This document shows, piece after piece, positions 19,011 through 27,871 of a DNA stretch of 64,000 nucleotides. The stretch covers positions 709 through 64,708 of the forward strand of contig JAQTLK010000004.1 of NCBI GenBank assembly GCA_028714955.1. The letters are read 5' to 3'. The position numbers were made by a program, and so were the translations under genes. The notes under the pieces were generated by a model. That model saw nothing but the letters and a program-made list of their open reading frames with translations, made no database searches and was not told the origin of the DNA. The DNA comes from Sulfuricella sp. Its GTDB lineage: Bacteria > Pseudomonadota > Gammaproteobacteria > Burkholderiales > Sulfuricellaceae. The first letter of the stretch is position 1; the number at the start of each line of letters is the position of its first letter.

Positions 19011-19022
19011 GAGCCCGTTGGA
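19007..19022. repeat. Degenerate family-B left end overlapping the ABC stop codon
   Basis: ctaggagcccgttgga against ctaggagcctgtcgga; TAG 19008-19010 is the stop. Confidence 0.55.
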
Positions 19023-19203
19023 AGTTCATAAATGTTGGCGATGGGCAACCGGGATTGGCGCGGGCGGAGGACAGATGATTTTGTCCCCCTCGTCCTTTGG
19101 GGGAAGGCAGGAGTGAGGGAAACGATCATGGCGAAGCGCTGTTTCATGACCCGGGGCGCCGATTCGTCATGATCGTCATGATCGTTATTGTCGGACACCA
19201 GTG

Positions 19204-19821
19204 ATGTATTATGGGGAAAAATTCAATGCATTGAGTCATCTTGTCGGGGCCATGCTGGCGCTTGCCGGTGCCATCGTGCTCGTCGTATTGGCCGCGCAGC
19301 AAGGGAATCCGTGGAAGGTGGCAAGCGTCTCGATCTACGGCGCGACACTGGTGCTGCTTTACAGCTTTTCCGCGCTTTACCATAGCCTGCGCGGCCGCGC
19401 CAAGGATGTTCTGCGCGAGCTCGACCATCATGGCATCTATCTGCTCATCGCCGGCAGTTACACGCCTTTCTGCCTCGTGACGCTGCGCGGCCCGTGGGGC
19501 TGGTCGCTGCTTGGGATTGTGTGGGGGCTCGCGGTGCTTGGCAGTCTGCAGGAACTGAGGGCGCAGAACGGCGCGCGAATCCTATCGGTGGTGATCTACG
19601 TCGTAATGGGCTGGGTGGTACTGGCGGCGCTGATCCCCCTGCGGCAGGCATTGGGGCCGGACGGTTTCGCCTGGCTCGTGGCCGGCGGCTTGTTTTATAC
19701 AATCGGCATTGTTTTCTACGCGCTTGATACCCGCCTTCGTCACGCGCACGGCATCTGGCATGTGTTCGTGATTGCCGGCAGCGCCGCCCATTACATTGCG
19801 ATCCTGAAATACGTCCTGTAA
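19204..19821 (+). CDS. Hemolysin III / PAQR-family membrane protein
   Basis: EKFNALSH, SALYH, DHHGIYLLIAGSYTPF, HGIWHVFV. Confidence 0.92.
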   Translation: MYYGEKFNALSHLVGAMLALAGAIVLVVLAAQQGNPWKVASVSIYGATLVLLYSFSALYHSLRGRAKDVLRELDHHGIYLLIAGSYTPFCLVTLRGPWGWSLLGIVWGLAVLGSLQELRAQNGARILSVVIYVVMGWVVLAALIPLRQALGPDGFAWLVAGGLFYTIGIVFYALDTRLRHAHGIWHVFVIAGSAAHYIAILKYVL

Positions 19822-19858
19822 TGATTCCCGTGGTTAACTCAATGCCAAAAGAGCTGCT

Positions 19859-20503
19859 ATGACACTATTGCCCGTTCTGACCGAACACATCAAATACCTG
19901 GTGGGCATTTTCGCCATCCTGAATCCACTTGGCGCCATTCCCATTTATCTCAGCCTGATGGCGGACCGTCGCCCGAAGGAGATGCACCGCACTGCGCTCA
20001 AAACTTCTGTTGCCGTGGCGATAATCCTGACGCTGGCCGTCTGGGGGGGTGATGCATTGCTGGCGTTCTTCGGTATCGGCATCCCGGCATTCCGTATCGC
20101 GGGCGGACTGTTGGTGCTGATTATCGCCATCGCCATGTTCAATGCCAAAACCAGTCCGGCCCGCCACACTGACGCGGAGCAGGCCGAGGCGGAAGTCAAG
20201 AACGACATCGCCGTGGTGCCGCTGGCGATCCCCCTGCTGGCAGGTCCTGGGGCAATCAGCCTGACTATCGTTGATGCGCATCAGGCAATCAGCTTTATGG
20301 ACAAACTTGTATTCAGCCTGGGAATACTCGGCGTGGCAGCGATAGTTTGGATGGTGCTGCGGTTGGCCGGGCCGATCGGCGCGCGCCTTGGCACAGGTGG
20401 GCTCAACATCGCGACCCGGGTCATGGGGCTGATACTCGCCTCCATGGCGGTGCAATTCATGGCAGACGGGATGCTTGAATTGTTTCCTGGACTATCCCAC
20501 TGA
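19859..20503 (+). CDS. MarC-family membrane protein
   Basis: LNPLGAIPIY, FRIAGG, VPLAIPLLAGPGAI, RVMGLILASMAVQF. Confidence 0.92.
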   Translation: MTLLPVLTEHIKYLVGIFAILNPLGAIPIYLSLMADRRPKEMHRTALKTSVAVAIILTLAVWGGDALLAFFGIGIPAFRIAGGLLVLIIAIAMFNAKTSPARHTDAEQAEAEVKNDIAVVPLAIPLLAGPGAISLTIVDAHQAISFMDKLVFSLGILGVAAIVWMVLRLAGPIGARLGTGGLNIATRVMGLILASMAVQFMADGMLELFPGLSH

Positions 20504-20552
20504 GGTTTCCTGGTTCAAAGCCAGGTTCATGGTTCCAAACCGGTCGCGCCAT

Positions 20553-21323
20553 TCATTCCGCCAGGGTCGGGTATAAGCTCACGGCGATGAATAGCAGGAC
20601 GGCGAACACCGAGAGCATGGCTGTGAAGTCGACACCGTAACCGTAAATGTTTTCACCGCCGGTGATTACGAGTCCGCGCAACACGTCGATCAGGTAAGTA
20701 AGCGGGTTGGCCTGTGCGATGACGCGCAACCAGCGGGGCATGATATCCAGCGGGTAAATCGCGTTGCTGGCGAAAAACATGGGCATGGTCAGGAGCTGTC
20801 CGATGCCCATGAAGCGCTCGCGTGTTTTGACAATGCACGCGATGATGAGCGAGAAGGTGGCAAAGATACCCGATCCCAGCATCACGCTGCCAAGCACCAC
20901 GAAAATGGCCAGTGGGTCCAGCCGGATGGAAACATGCATGAGCAGCGCAACAAGGTAAATGACCAGCGTCTGCACGATGCCGCGGAAGCCAGCGGCGACG
21001 GCCTTGCCGAAAACCAGCGAGCTGCGCCGGGCCGGGCTCACCAGGAGTTTATGCACCACGCCAAGGTCGCGCTCCCAGATGATCGCGATGCCATAGAAGA
21101 TCGAGCTGAACAGAATGCTTTGCGCCAGGATGCCCGGCGTGATGAACGCAAGGTAGCTCATCTGCCCGGTGTGGATGCCGCGAACCTGGGCCAGCACCTG
21201 CCCGAATACTACCAGCCACAGCACTGGCTGCACCGCACGGGAAACAAGCTCGGTTGGGTCGCGGGCGAGCTTGATGAGTTCGACTTCGACAATTGCGGCG
21301 CTTTCTCGAATAAATCGTTCCAT
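20553..21323 (-). CDS. ABC-2 type exporter permease (DrrB-like)
   Basis: YLAFITPGIL, IIWERDLG, PMFFASNAIYP, NPLTYLIDVLRGL. Confidence 0.9.
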   Translation of the reverse strand: MERFIRESAAIVEVELIKLARDPTELVSRAVQPVLWLVVFGQVLAQVRGIHTGQMSYLAFITPGILAQSILFSSIFYGIAIIWERDLGVVHKLLVSPARRSSLVFGKAVAAGFRGIVQTLVIYLVALLMHVSIRLDPLAIFVVLGSVMLGSGIFATFSLIIACIVKTRERFMGIGQLLTMPMFFASNAIYPLDIMPRWLRVIAQANPLTYLIDVLRGLVITGGENIYGYGVDFTAMLSVFAVLLFIAVSLYPTLAE

Positions 21324-21333
21324 GCTTGAGTCC

Positions 21334-22164
21334 TCAGCCCAGGCGCCTGGCGGTTCTGCGGGTCTGGGCGACTTCGCTGAAGGTTCCGCTTTCGTGTATC
21401 ACGCCACCTGCATAGTGTGCGAATACGTCGTCCATGGTTGCTTCCGCCCCGAGTCCCGCGCGCAACCCGGCGGGCTGTCCGACCACGCTTACCCGCCCCA
21501 TATGCAGAATCGCCAACTCATCGCAGAGCGTCTCAGCTTCTTCCATGTCGTGCGTCGTGATGAGAACCGTCATGCCATAGTCACGCCGGAGGTCCCACAG
21601 GCGATCCCATACCGTGCGGCGCGCAACCGGATCGAGCCCGATGGTCGGCTCGTCGAGAAACAGGATGGCGGGGCGGTGCAGCATGGCCTGGGCAAGTTCG
21701 AGGCGGCGGATCATGCCACCGGAATAGGTTCTCACCAGCTTGCGCGCCGCGTCGGCAAGTCCCATGAAGTCCAGCGCATCACCAATGCGCGCGCTTCTTT
21801 CTTTACGAGACAGACCATAGAGCCGGGCCGACAGGAGCAGGTTCTCGTAGCCGGTCAGCGCGCCGTCGGCGGACAGGAGTTGAGACACATAGCCGATGCG
21901 CCGCCTGACCTCTCCGGGCGCTGCGACAATGTCGAATCCGCCGACCTCGGCCGATCCGGAGGTTGGCGGCAACAGGGTCGTGAGCATCTTGATCAGGGTG
22001 CTTTTCCCCGCCCCGTTTGCGCCGAGCAAGCCGAATAACTCTCCATATGGAACCTGCAGCTCGATGTGGTCCACTGCGGTCAAGTGGCCGAACCGGCGCG
22101 TCAGTTGTGATGTTTTAATGGCAAAGGCATCAGGCATGCCGGCGGGGCGGTGAGGGAGATTCAT
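21334..22164 (-). CDS. ABC exporter ATP-binding subunit (DrrA-like)
   Basis: GANGAGKS, YSGGMIRRLELA, LFLDEPTIGLDP, TTHDMEEA. Start uncertain (22164 or 22137). Confidence 0.92.
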   Translation of the reverse strand: MNLPHRPAGMPDAFAIKTSQLTRRFGHLTAVDHIELQVPYGELFGLLGANGAGKSTLIKMLTTLLPPTSGSAEVGGFDIVAAPGEVRRRIGYVSQLLSADGALTGYENLLLSARLYGLSRKERSARIGDALDFMGLADAARKLVRTYSGGMIRRLELAQAMLHRPAILFLDEPTIGLDPVARRTVWDRLWDLRRDYGMTVLITTHDMEEAETLCDELAILHMGRVSVVGQPAGLRAGLGAEATMDDVFAHYAGGVIHESGTFSEVAQTRRTARRLG

Positions 22165-22290
22165 TGATTTACAATCCTTGCACTCCTGCACGCCAAAACT
22201 GCGCATCGGCACGGACCGGCAATCACCGGTGCTGCGGATATCGGGCGGGAAAGACGAAAAAGGCGACGTGCGGTCAATCGCACTCCCTGT

Positions 22291-23022
22291 TTACCGGCGC
22301 GAAACTATGACGCCGCCGACCAGCTTGACCTGGTCGCCGATGCGCCAGGGCGGCAGGGTGTCGGCGTCGATCAGGCGCGTGGTGCCATCCTCCATGCGTA
22401 CCGTAACCTGGTAGCTGACCGTCTGGTTCCTGGATTTCTCGATTGTGTTGCCGAGCAGGCCGCCGCCCAGGGCGCCAGCGAGCGTGGCAAGCGTGCGCCC
22501 GTTGCCCCTGCCGATGTTGTTCGCCAGGGCGCCGCCGACAACGCCGCCGACGACTGCGCCCACGCCGCTTCCCTGGCCTTCATGGGTCACCTGGCGCACA
22601 TCGGCGATGACGCCGCAATCGGCGCAGGGCGGCGGCACCGATGCCTCGCCTGGCGACGGAACGTAATCGGGAGGAACGCCACTGCCAAAGGGAGGAAGTG
22701 CCGCCTGGCTTACCGGAACTTCCGGTTTGGCTTTCATTCTTGCAGTCTTGCGATGGCGAGGCGGGGGTGTTTTTTCAACGGAAGCGGGCAATGCCATCGT
22801 TTCGGGTGCGCCGGCGGCAGTAGTTGGCGCGGTGGCGGCTGGCGCCGGCGGCGGGTTGGCCGCCACGGCGGCAGGCTGCACTTCGTTTGGAACCGGCCTG
22901 GCTGGCAATAGGCCGGTCAGTGCGGCGATGCCAACCAAAGACAGCAGCGTCACCGAAATGGCTGCGATCCACAACGCGGGGTGCAAAGAGGAAGACGAAA
23001 CGGTGTTTGGCGCTGTTTCCAT
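22291..23022 (-). CDS. Glycine-zipper 2TM domain protein
   Basis: N-terminal TM, Pro/Ala linker, CADCGVI..VR, GAVVGGVVGGALANNIGRG...GGLLGNTIEK, C-terminal YQVTVRMEDG. Confidence 0.85.
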   Translation of the reverse strand: METAPNTVSSSSLHPALWIAAISVTLLSLVGIAALTGLLPARPVPNEVQPAAVAANPPPAPAATAPTTAAGAPETMALPASVEKTPPPRHRKTARMKAKPEVPVSQAALPPFGSGVPPDYVPSPGEASVPPPCADCGVIADVRQVTHEGQGSGVGAVVGGVVGGALANNIGRGNGRTLATLAGALGGGLLGNTIEKSRNQTVSYQVTVRMEDGTTRLIDADTLPPWRIGDQVKLVGGVIVSRR

Positions 23023-23146
23023 GGATGGAGTTTCCTAAAGCGGGTCAGGCAAGGCGGCAGCAAAAGAATGGTAGGCGTCCATGTATGAAACAACGCGAAG
23101 CGTTTCCTTCTCCACTTTCTCGCCGGATTGAGCAGCTTTGCCGCTC

Positions 23147-23659
23147 TCAGGGTGCGGGGTATCCCGGTGGCGGGGGCGGCGGGTAGGAAGCGCCTGCCGG
23201 CATCCGCGCCCGGCTGCGCGGTATGGCCCCGGGCACGGGGACCTGCTCTCCCTTGGCGTACATGCACTGAATGTAGGCATTATCATAACTTCGCTGGGTT
23301 CCATAGGCTGAACTTTGAGCGGCACCGGCGCCAGCCATGCTGCCCACCAGCAGCCCGGTGCCAGCGCCCACGCCGGCACCCTCGTGCCCACCGCCGATAG
23401 CCGCGCCAGCAAGGGCGCCCACCACGGTTCCGGCCGCGGCGCTCGTGACACTGGAATTGACTGCGGCCTGGTTCGCGCTGGCGCCGCCTATCTGCTGCAG
23501 GGCGTATTGACGGCATTCGGCATCGTCGCTGCGGAACTGTTCGAAGGTTTTGCCACTGCCAGGCAGCGCCATTACGCTGGGTCCGGTCGGCAGGGAAGCG
23601 CATCCGGCGAGCAGCAGCATGGCCGATATGGCCGCGCGAGTAAAAATCGGGGATTTCAT
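23147..23659 (-). CDS. Glycine-zipper lipoprotein
   Basis: Lipobox LAGC, GTVVGALAGAAIGG..GAGVGAGTGLLVGS, YIQCMYAKG, Pro-rich tail. Confidence 0.85.
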   Translation of the reverse strand: MKSPIFTRAAISAMLLLAGCASLPTGPSVMALPGSGKTFEQFRSDDAECRQYALQQIGGASANQAAVNSSVTSAAAGTVVGALAGAAIGGGHEGAGVGAGTGLLVGSMAGAGAAQSSAYGTQRSYDNAYIQCMYAKGEQVPVPGAIPRSRARMPAGASYPPPPPPGYPAP

Positions 23660-23680
23660 GATGGTGACTCCTGGTTCAAA

Positions 23681-24052
23681 TTAGGGCTGGCCTGGTGGCT
23701 GCGGCAATACCTTTTGCCATCCGCTGGGGCACTCCTTGACGTAAGGGTAATAACCCTTTGCCGCAGGACAGTAGTACCAGTAATTGACAGGCGCGGCGGC
23801 ATCAGGAGCGGTGGGCGCCTCGGGAGCCGGCTGCTCGATATATACCTGCGGCACAGGATGTTCAATCACCACCGGCGGATAGTAATAGGGCGGGTACGGG
23901 TAGTAGTAGGGATGCGGATAAAATGATGGTTCCCAGTATGGTCCTATCGCCACGCCCAGATGCACGTGGCCACGGTGGTGATCTGCCCAGGCATTGCCTG
24001 CGCCGGATGCGCACAGCAGCAGAAGCGCAATTATCAACTTGAACGTTTTCAT
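23681..24052 (-). CDS. Secreted Pro/Tyr-rich protein
   Basis: Signal peptide ending AWA, YYYPYPPYYYPP, WYYCPAAKGYYPYVKECPSGW. ATG 24052 has an AAGG RBS. Confidence 0.8.
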   Translation of the reverse strand: MKTFKLIIALLLLCASGAGNAWADHHRGHVHLGVAIGPYWEPSFYPHPYYYPYPPYYYPPVVIEHPVPQVYIEQPAPEAPTAPDAAAPVNYWYYCPAAKGYYPYVKECPSGWQKVLPQPPGQP

Positions 24053-24220
24053 GGTGTTTGTCCTTATCCTTGGCGGCCGTGTTGGCTGTCTTCCAGACAG
24101 TTCCTGTTTTTCGAGTGACCCGAACCATTCGATTCCATACTTGCGAGATAGTTCTGTCACCTTGTTGACAGCTTTCTGTTGCCCTGCAGCGGCCGGGGCG
24201 AGCAGCGATAGAATGGCGGG

Positions 24221-25420
24221 CTAATAAGCCGTCAAATTCGTGCCCGCGGAGCCCACGGCGGCATATCCATAGTTGCCATGGGCGATCGCATAAAGCTTGT
24301 TGCCATTGCTTGGGGCCACCGAGACTGGAGCCGTCCAGTCAACCCCGTCAGCGCTGGTAAAGATTGCACCGCCATCGCCGACTGCCACAAATTGCGTGCC
24401 ATATATAACGGCGTTAATTGCCGGGTTCGAAGTGATGGAAGTTTGCAATGTCCAGGTCAAACCGTCCGTGCTGGTCAGGATTGTGCCTGCGGCACCGGTC
24501 GCCACGAAGGTTCCGTTTCCGTAAGCAACCCCCTTCAGGTCGTTTGAGGTGAGCTGCGCGACGCTTTGCCACGTGCTTGCATCCGCACTGGTGAGCACCG
24601 TCCCGCCGGCACCCACGGCGACATACCTGCCATTCCCATAGGCGATGCCATACAGGGCGGGGGCTGCGGGGACTGAGGATGCGGGCACCCAGCTGGCGCC
24701 GCCGCTGCTAGTGATAATCGTCCCGTTCGACCCCACTGCCACATAAAAACTTCCATTGGCGGCAAGGCCATAAATATCATTACTCGTGCCACTCGTCTGG
24801 GGAGTCCAGGTGACGGCATCGGCGCTTGTCAGGATGGTTCCGCCCGCACCCGCGGCCAGATAGCTGCCACCATAGACAGCAGCGTTGAGCTGGGTGGAGA
24901 CGCCGCTGTTTTGAGTCATCCAGGTTTTCCCGTCGGAACTCGACAGGACGATGCCGTTCGCGCCCACTGCGACGAATGTCGTTCCATAGGTAACGCCGCG
25001 CAGGTCGCCGGCGCCAGTGGACGCGCCGGTAATCCATGTGGCGCCCGCAAGACGCGGCACAGCCGAGACCGATGGACTGCCTCCCCCGCTGGGACCGCCA
25101 TTGATTCTCCCGTCGATGGTAAAGGAATAGGTGGTGCCATTGACCAAACCCGTCACCACATAAGGTGAAGAGATGGACATGTGCGATTGCGCTCCGGGCA
25201 GGGTGGTCCAGTTTCCGGTGGTAATGCTGCTTGCAGGGGCATAGAAGATCCAGTAATCCACGCCGGGCGACATGGTCCATGTGGCCGTGACAACACCGTC
25301 CCCTGGAACCACGGCGACATCCGTAGGAGGTGGTGCTGAAGATCCGCCATCACCCAATTGGCAGCTTGTCAGCATCAATGCTGTGCAGATTGCCAGCAGG
25401 TAAACAAAAAACGCTTTCAT
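24221..25420 (-). CDS. Lipoprotein with FN3-like domain and Asp-box (BNR) repeat beta-propeller
   Basis: Lipobox LTSC; GLVNGTTYSF FN3-like motif; six to seven repeats of (F/Y)VAVGxxGxIxTSxDGxTW. Confidence 0.8.
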   Translation of the reverse strand: MKAFFVYLLAICTALMLTSCQLGDGGSSAPPPTDVAVVPGDGVVTATWTMSPGVDYWIFYAPASSITTGNWTTLPGAQSHMSISSPYVVTGLVNGTTYSFTIDGRINGGPSGGGSPSVSAVPRLAGATWITGASTGAGDLRGVTYGTTFVAVGANGIVLSSSDGKTWMTQNSGVSTQLNAAVYGGSYLAAGAGGTILTSADAVTWTPQTSGTSNDIYGLAANGSFYVAVGSNGTIITSSGGASWVPASSVPAAPALYGIAYGNGRYVAVGAGGTVLTSADASTWQSVAQLTSNDLKGVAYGNGTFVATGAAGTILTSTDGLTWTLQTSITSNPAINAVIYGTQFVAVGDGGAIFTSADGVDWTAPVSVAPSNGNKLYAIAHGNYGYAAVGSAGTNLTAY

Positions 25421-25596
25421 TTCAATCCTTTTTGTTGTTTATGCGCTTGAACCTTGAAACCGTCGGTTGGACGGGATGGCGACAGTCGCCACACACTTAA
25501 CGTAAAACTCGCGCAGCGCGACCTCGTCCCCCTTCTCGCCGGATTGAGCGGCTTTGCCGCCAATCCCGGTGGGGACACTCCATGCGGGAGCTCCCT

Positions 25597-25674
25597 CCCT
25601 CATCCCGACCTTCTCCCGGAGGGAGAAGGGGCGAGCGTTCCCCCTCTCCCTCCGGGATGGGCCAGGGGTGAGGG
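25597..25674. repeat. GC-rich palindromic intergenic repeat (ccctcatccc...ggggtgaggg); half copy at 19084-19123
   Basis: Outer IR ccctcatccc/ggggtgaggg, inner hairpin ccttctccc-gga-gggagaagg; the 19084-19123 segment resembles its right half and both end gtgagggaaac. Confidence 0.7.
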
Positions 25675-25905
25675 AAACGTACATGGCCGCAGCACTGTTT
25701 CATGATTTAGGGCGGTGCTGCGCCATGACCGTTGGGTTGAAACCTTCGAGTAGCGCCAATGCCAGTTTCCGGCAAAGTTTATCGCCTGATGGATGCGTTT
25801 CCCTAGAATCAAATTGTTTCCAATTGTGTCCGGGACCCGGATTGAGGAGGAGAAAAGGTAACGTCTGGCCAGCGTTTCCTCTGTCAGCCGTTCACTGCGC
25901 CTTTC

Positions 25906-25920
25906 GTAACAGCCTGTAAC
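25906..25920 (+). promoter_or_regulatory. OmpR/CpxR-type direct-repeat box upstream of the Spy/CpxP-like gene
   Basis: GTAAC-agcct-GTAAC against the CpxR consensus GTAAA-N5-GTAAA. Confidence 0.5.
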
Positions 25921-25995
25921 AATTCTTCCATTGATTCAAAAAGATGAGTGTTCCTAGAATGAAAACCTCAGATCAACGAATAAGCGAGGCTCATC

Positions 25996-26454
25996 ATGAA
26001 AATATTCCGCTCTGTCTTGGGCGCTGTGGCGACCAGCATCCTGGTTACTGGTTTGGCGGCGCCCGCCATGTCGTTTGCTCACGATCAGGAATATCGCTAC
26101 AGCCAGTTTCGGCGGATCAGCCCGGAAGCGCGCGAGCAGTGGTTCAGGAATCGTCTGGACAGGGAAGCGGCCATGCTTGAAATCAAGTCGTCCCAGCAAA
26201 ATGCATGGGATGCCTACTCGGCTGCCAGTCTGGATGTCATGCGCACTTTCGGGGAAAGAAAAGCGTTGCCGGCTATAGCGGATGCTGCCGCCACCGTGCG
26301 TCAGCATGCAGAGCAGGCTTCAGTCTTTGCCCAGAAGCTTTCAAGGCTTGCTGATGCGACAGAAAAACTGCAATCGGTTCTGAATGAAGACCAGAAAAAA
26401 GTTCTCGATCGCATCGTTTCCATGCCGCGCAGACCGCATGGGAATATGCCATGA
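25996..26454 (+). CDS. Spy/CpxP-family periplasmic chaperone
   Basis: Signal peptide, helical body, LEIKSSQQ..W and VLNEDQKKVLD (LTxxQ-like) motifs. Confidence 0.75.
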   Translation: MKIFRSVLGAVATSILVTGLAAPAMSFAHDQEYRYSQFRRISPEAREQWFRNRLDREAAMLEIKSSQQNAWDAYSAASLDVMRTFGERKALPAIADAAATVRQHAEQASVFAQKLSRLADATEKLQSVLNEDQKKVLDRIVSMPRRPHGNMP

Positions 26455-26630
26455 ACCTAGAAACCTCAGTTGACCGCTTACCATGAGGTAAAGGGTTTTG
26501 GTTCTAAACAACTTTTGTCGCAATTTTACGCTCACCCGTTTGGTGAGGGCGCTACGGGCTGGATTGCACGGTTTTTGCCCACCTCGCAAAAACCGCACAC
26601 TCCAGCCCGTCCAACTGAGGTTTCTAGGTT
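26454..26630. mobile_element. MITE-like element, family C, copy 1 (177 bp)
   Basis: Perfect 19-bp TIR aacctagaaacctcagttg / caactgaggtttctaggtt; near-identical copy at 41395-41563. Confidence 0.85.
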
Positions 26631-26721
26631 GAAGGAAGACAGAGGGGAACCCGCGCCCTCGACACAGGCGGGTTGGCTGGAATTTAAAGAATAAAGCTGC
26701 TGTTCCCCCTGGTTTTCGGAC

Positions 26722-27867
26722 TTACAACGTTCCGTAGGAATGCAGGCCAGAGAGGAACATGTTGACGCCCAGGAAGGCGAAGGCGGTCACGAACAGGCCG
26801 ATCAGCGCCCACCATGCCAGCAGCGGCCCGCGCAGGCCTTTTACCAGGCGCAGGTGCAGCCATGCGGCGTAATTCAGCCACACGATCAGCGCCCAGGTTT
26901 CCTTGGGGTCCCACGACCAGTAGCCGCCCCAGGCTTCGGCCGCCCACATGGCGCCGAGGATGGTGGCGATGGTGAAGAAGGCGAAGCCGATGGCAATGGA
27001 TTTGTACATCAGGTCGTCGAGCATTTCGACGGTGGGCAGGCGGCTGGCCAGGATGCCCTTGTTGACCAGCAGGTAGGCCGCCCCGACCGCTGCGGCCAGC
27101 GCGAAGGCGCCATAGCCGATGAAGTTGGCGGGGACGTGGATTTTCATCCAGTAGGATTGCAGCGCCGGAACCAGCGGCTGTATCTCGTTGGCCTGGCGCC
27201 CGAAGGTGTACCACAGCAGGAAGCCTACCGCCGCGCTGATGACCAGCAGCACGAAGGCACCCATCTGGCGGTTCTGGTAGCGCAACTCGTAAAACAGGTA
27301 GAGCAGTGCGGTGAGGATGGAAAACAGGATGAAGACTTCATACAGGTTGCTGAGCGGGATGTGCCCGACATCCGGGCTGATGAGGTAGGACTCGTACCAG
27401 CGCGTCATCAAACCGACCAAGCCCATCGTCACCGCGCTCCAGGTGATGGCGCTGGATACCCGGGCGGCAAAGTCGGAGCGGCTCAGCAGGGCGAGCCAGT
27501 AGCCGCCAGTGGCGATCACGAACAGTGCACTCATCCACATGATGGCGGTCTGGCTGCCGAAAAAGAATTTAAGGAAAAAAGCCTGTTCCGCCCTGGCCAG
27601 TTGGCCGTGGTACTGGCTGATGCCGAACAGGCTCAAGGTGGCAACCACTAGCACCAATGCGCGGAAGGGCTTCCAGACCCAGCCTTGACCGATAAGTCCA
27701 GCACAGGACAGAAGCAGGATGCCTTTTTCGTAGCCATCCATGTCGTGGCCATAAAGATTGAACGCATAAAGGGCGCCGCCAGCCAGGATCAGGGCATAGA
27801 GCCAGTCGAACCAGGACAGGGTTTTAAGAAAGGCGGGCCGTGCACCGTAGTTTTGTGTCAATTCCAT
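26722..27867 (-). CDS. ccsA: System II cytochrome c synthase, WWD subunit (ResC/CcsA)
   Basis: WGGYWSWDPKETWALIVW, WMKIHVP, SGLHSYG. Confidence 0.93.
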   Translation of the reverse strand: MELTQNYGARPAFLKTLSWFDWLYALILAGGALYAFNLYGHDMDGYEKGILLLSCAGLIGQGWVWKPFRALVLVVATLSLFGISQYHGQLARAEQAFFLKFFFGSQTAIMWMSALFVIATGGYWLALLSRSDFAARVSSAITWSAVTMGLVGLMTRWYESYLISPDVGHIPLSNLYEVFILFSILTALLYLFYELRYQNRQMGAFVLLVISAAVGFLLWYTFGRQANEIQPLVPALQSYWMKIHVPANFIGYGAFALAAAVGAAYLLVNKGILASRLPTVEMLDDLMYKSIAIGFAFFTIATILGAMWAAEAWGGYWSWDPKETWALIVWLNYAAWLHLRLVKGLRGPLLAWWALIGLFVTAFAFLGVNMFLSGLHSYGTL

Positions 27868-27871
27868 TGAA

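Noticed and set aside
19007-19198. 63-aa His/Asp-rich minus ORF and the tcgtcatga 9-mer repeat
   Set aside because: Runs through repeat remnants; the low-complexity start is explained by the short tandem repeat.
25440-25570. Possible c-di-GMP-I riboswitch (GGCAAA start) upstream of the propeller gene
   Set aside because: Lacks the GNRA-capped P2 and GACGCAAAGC core.
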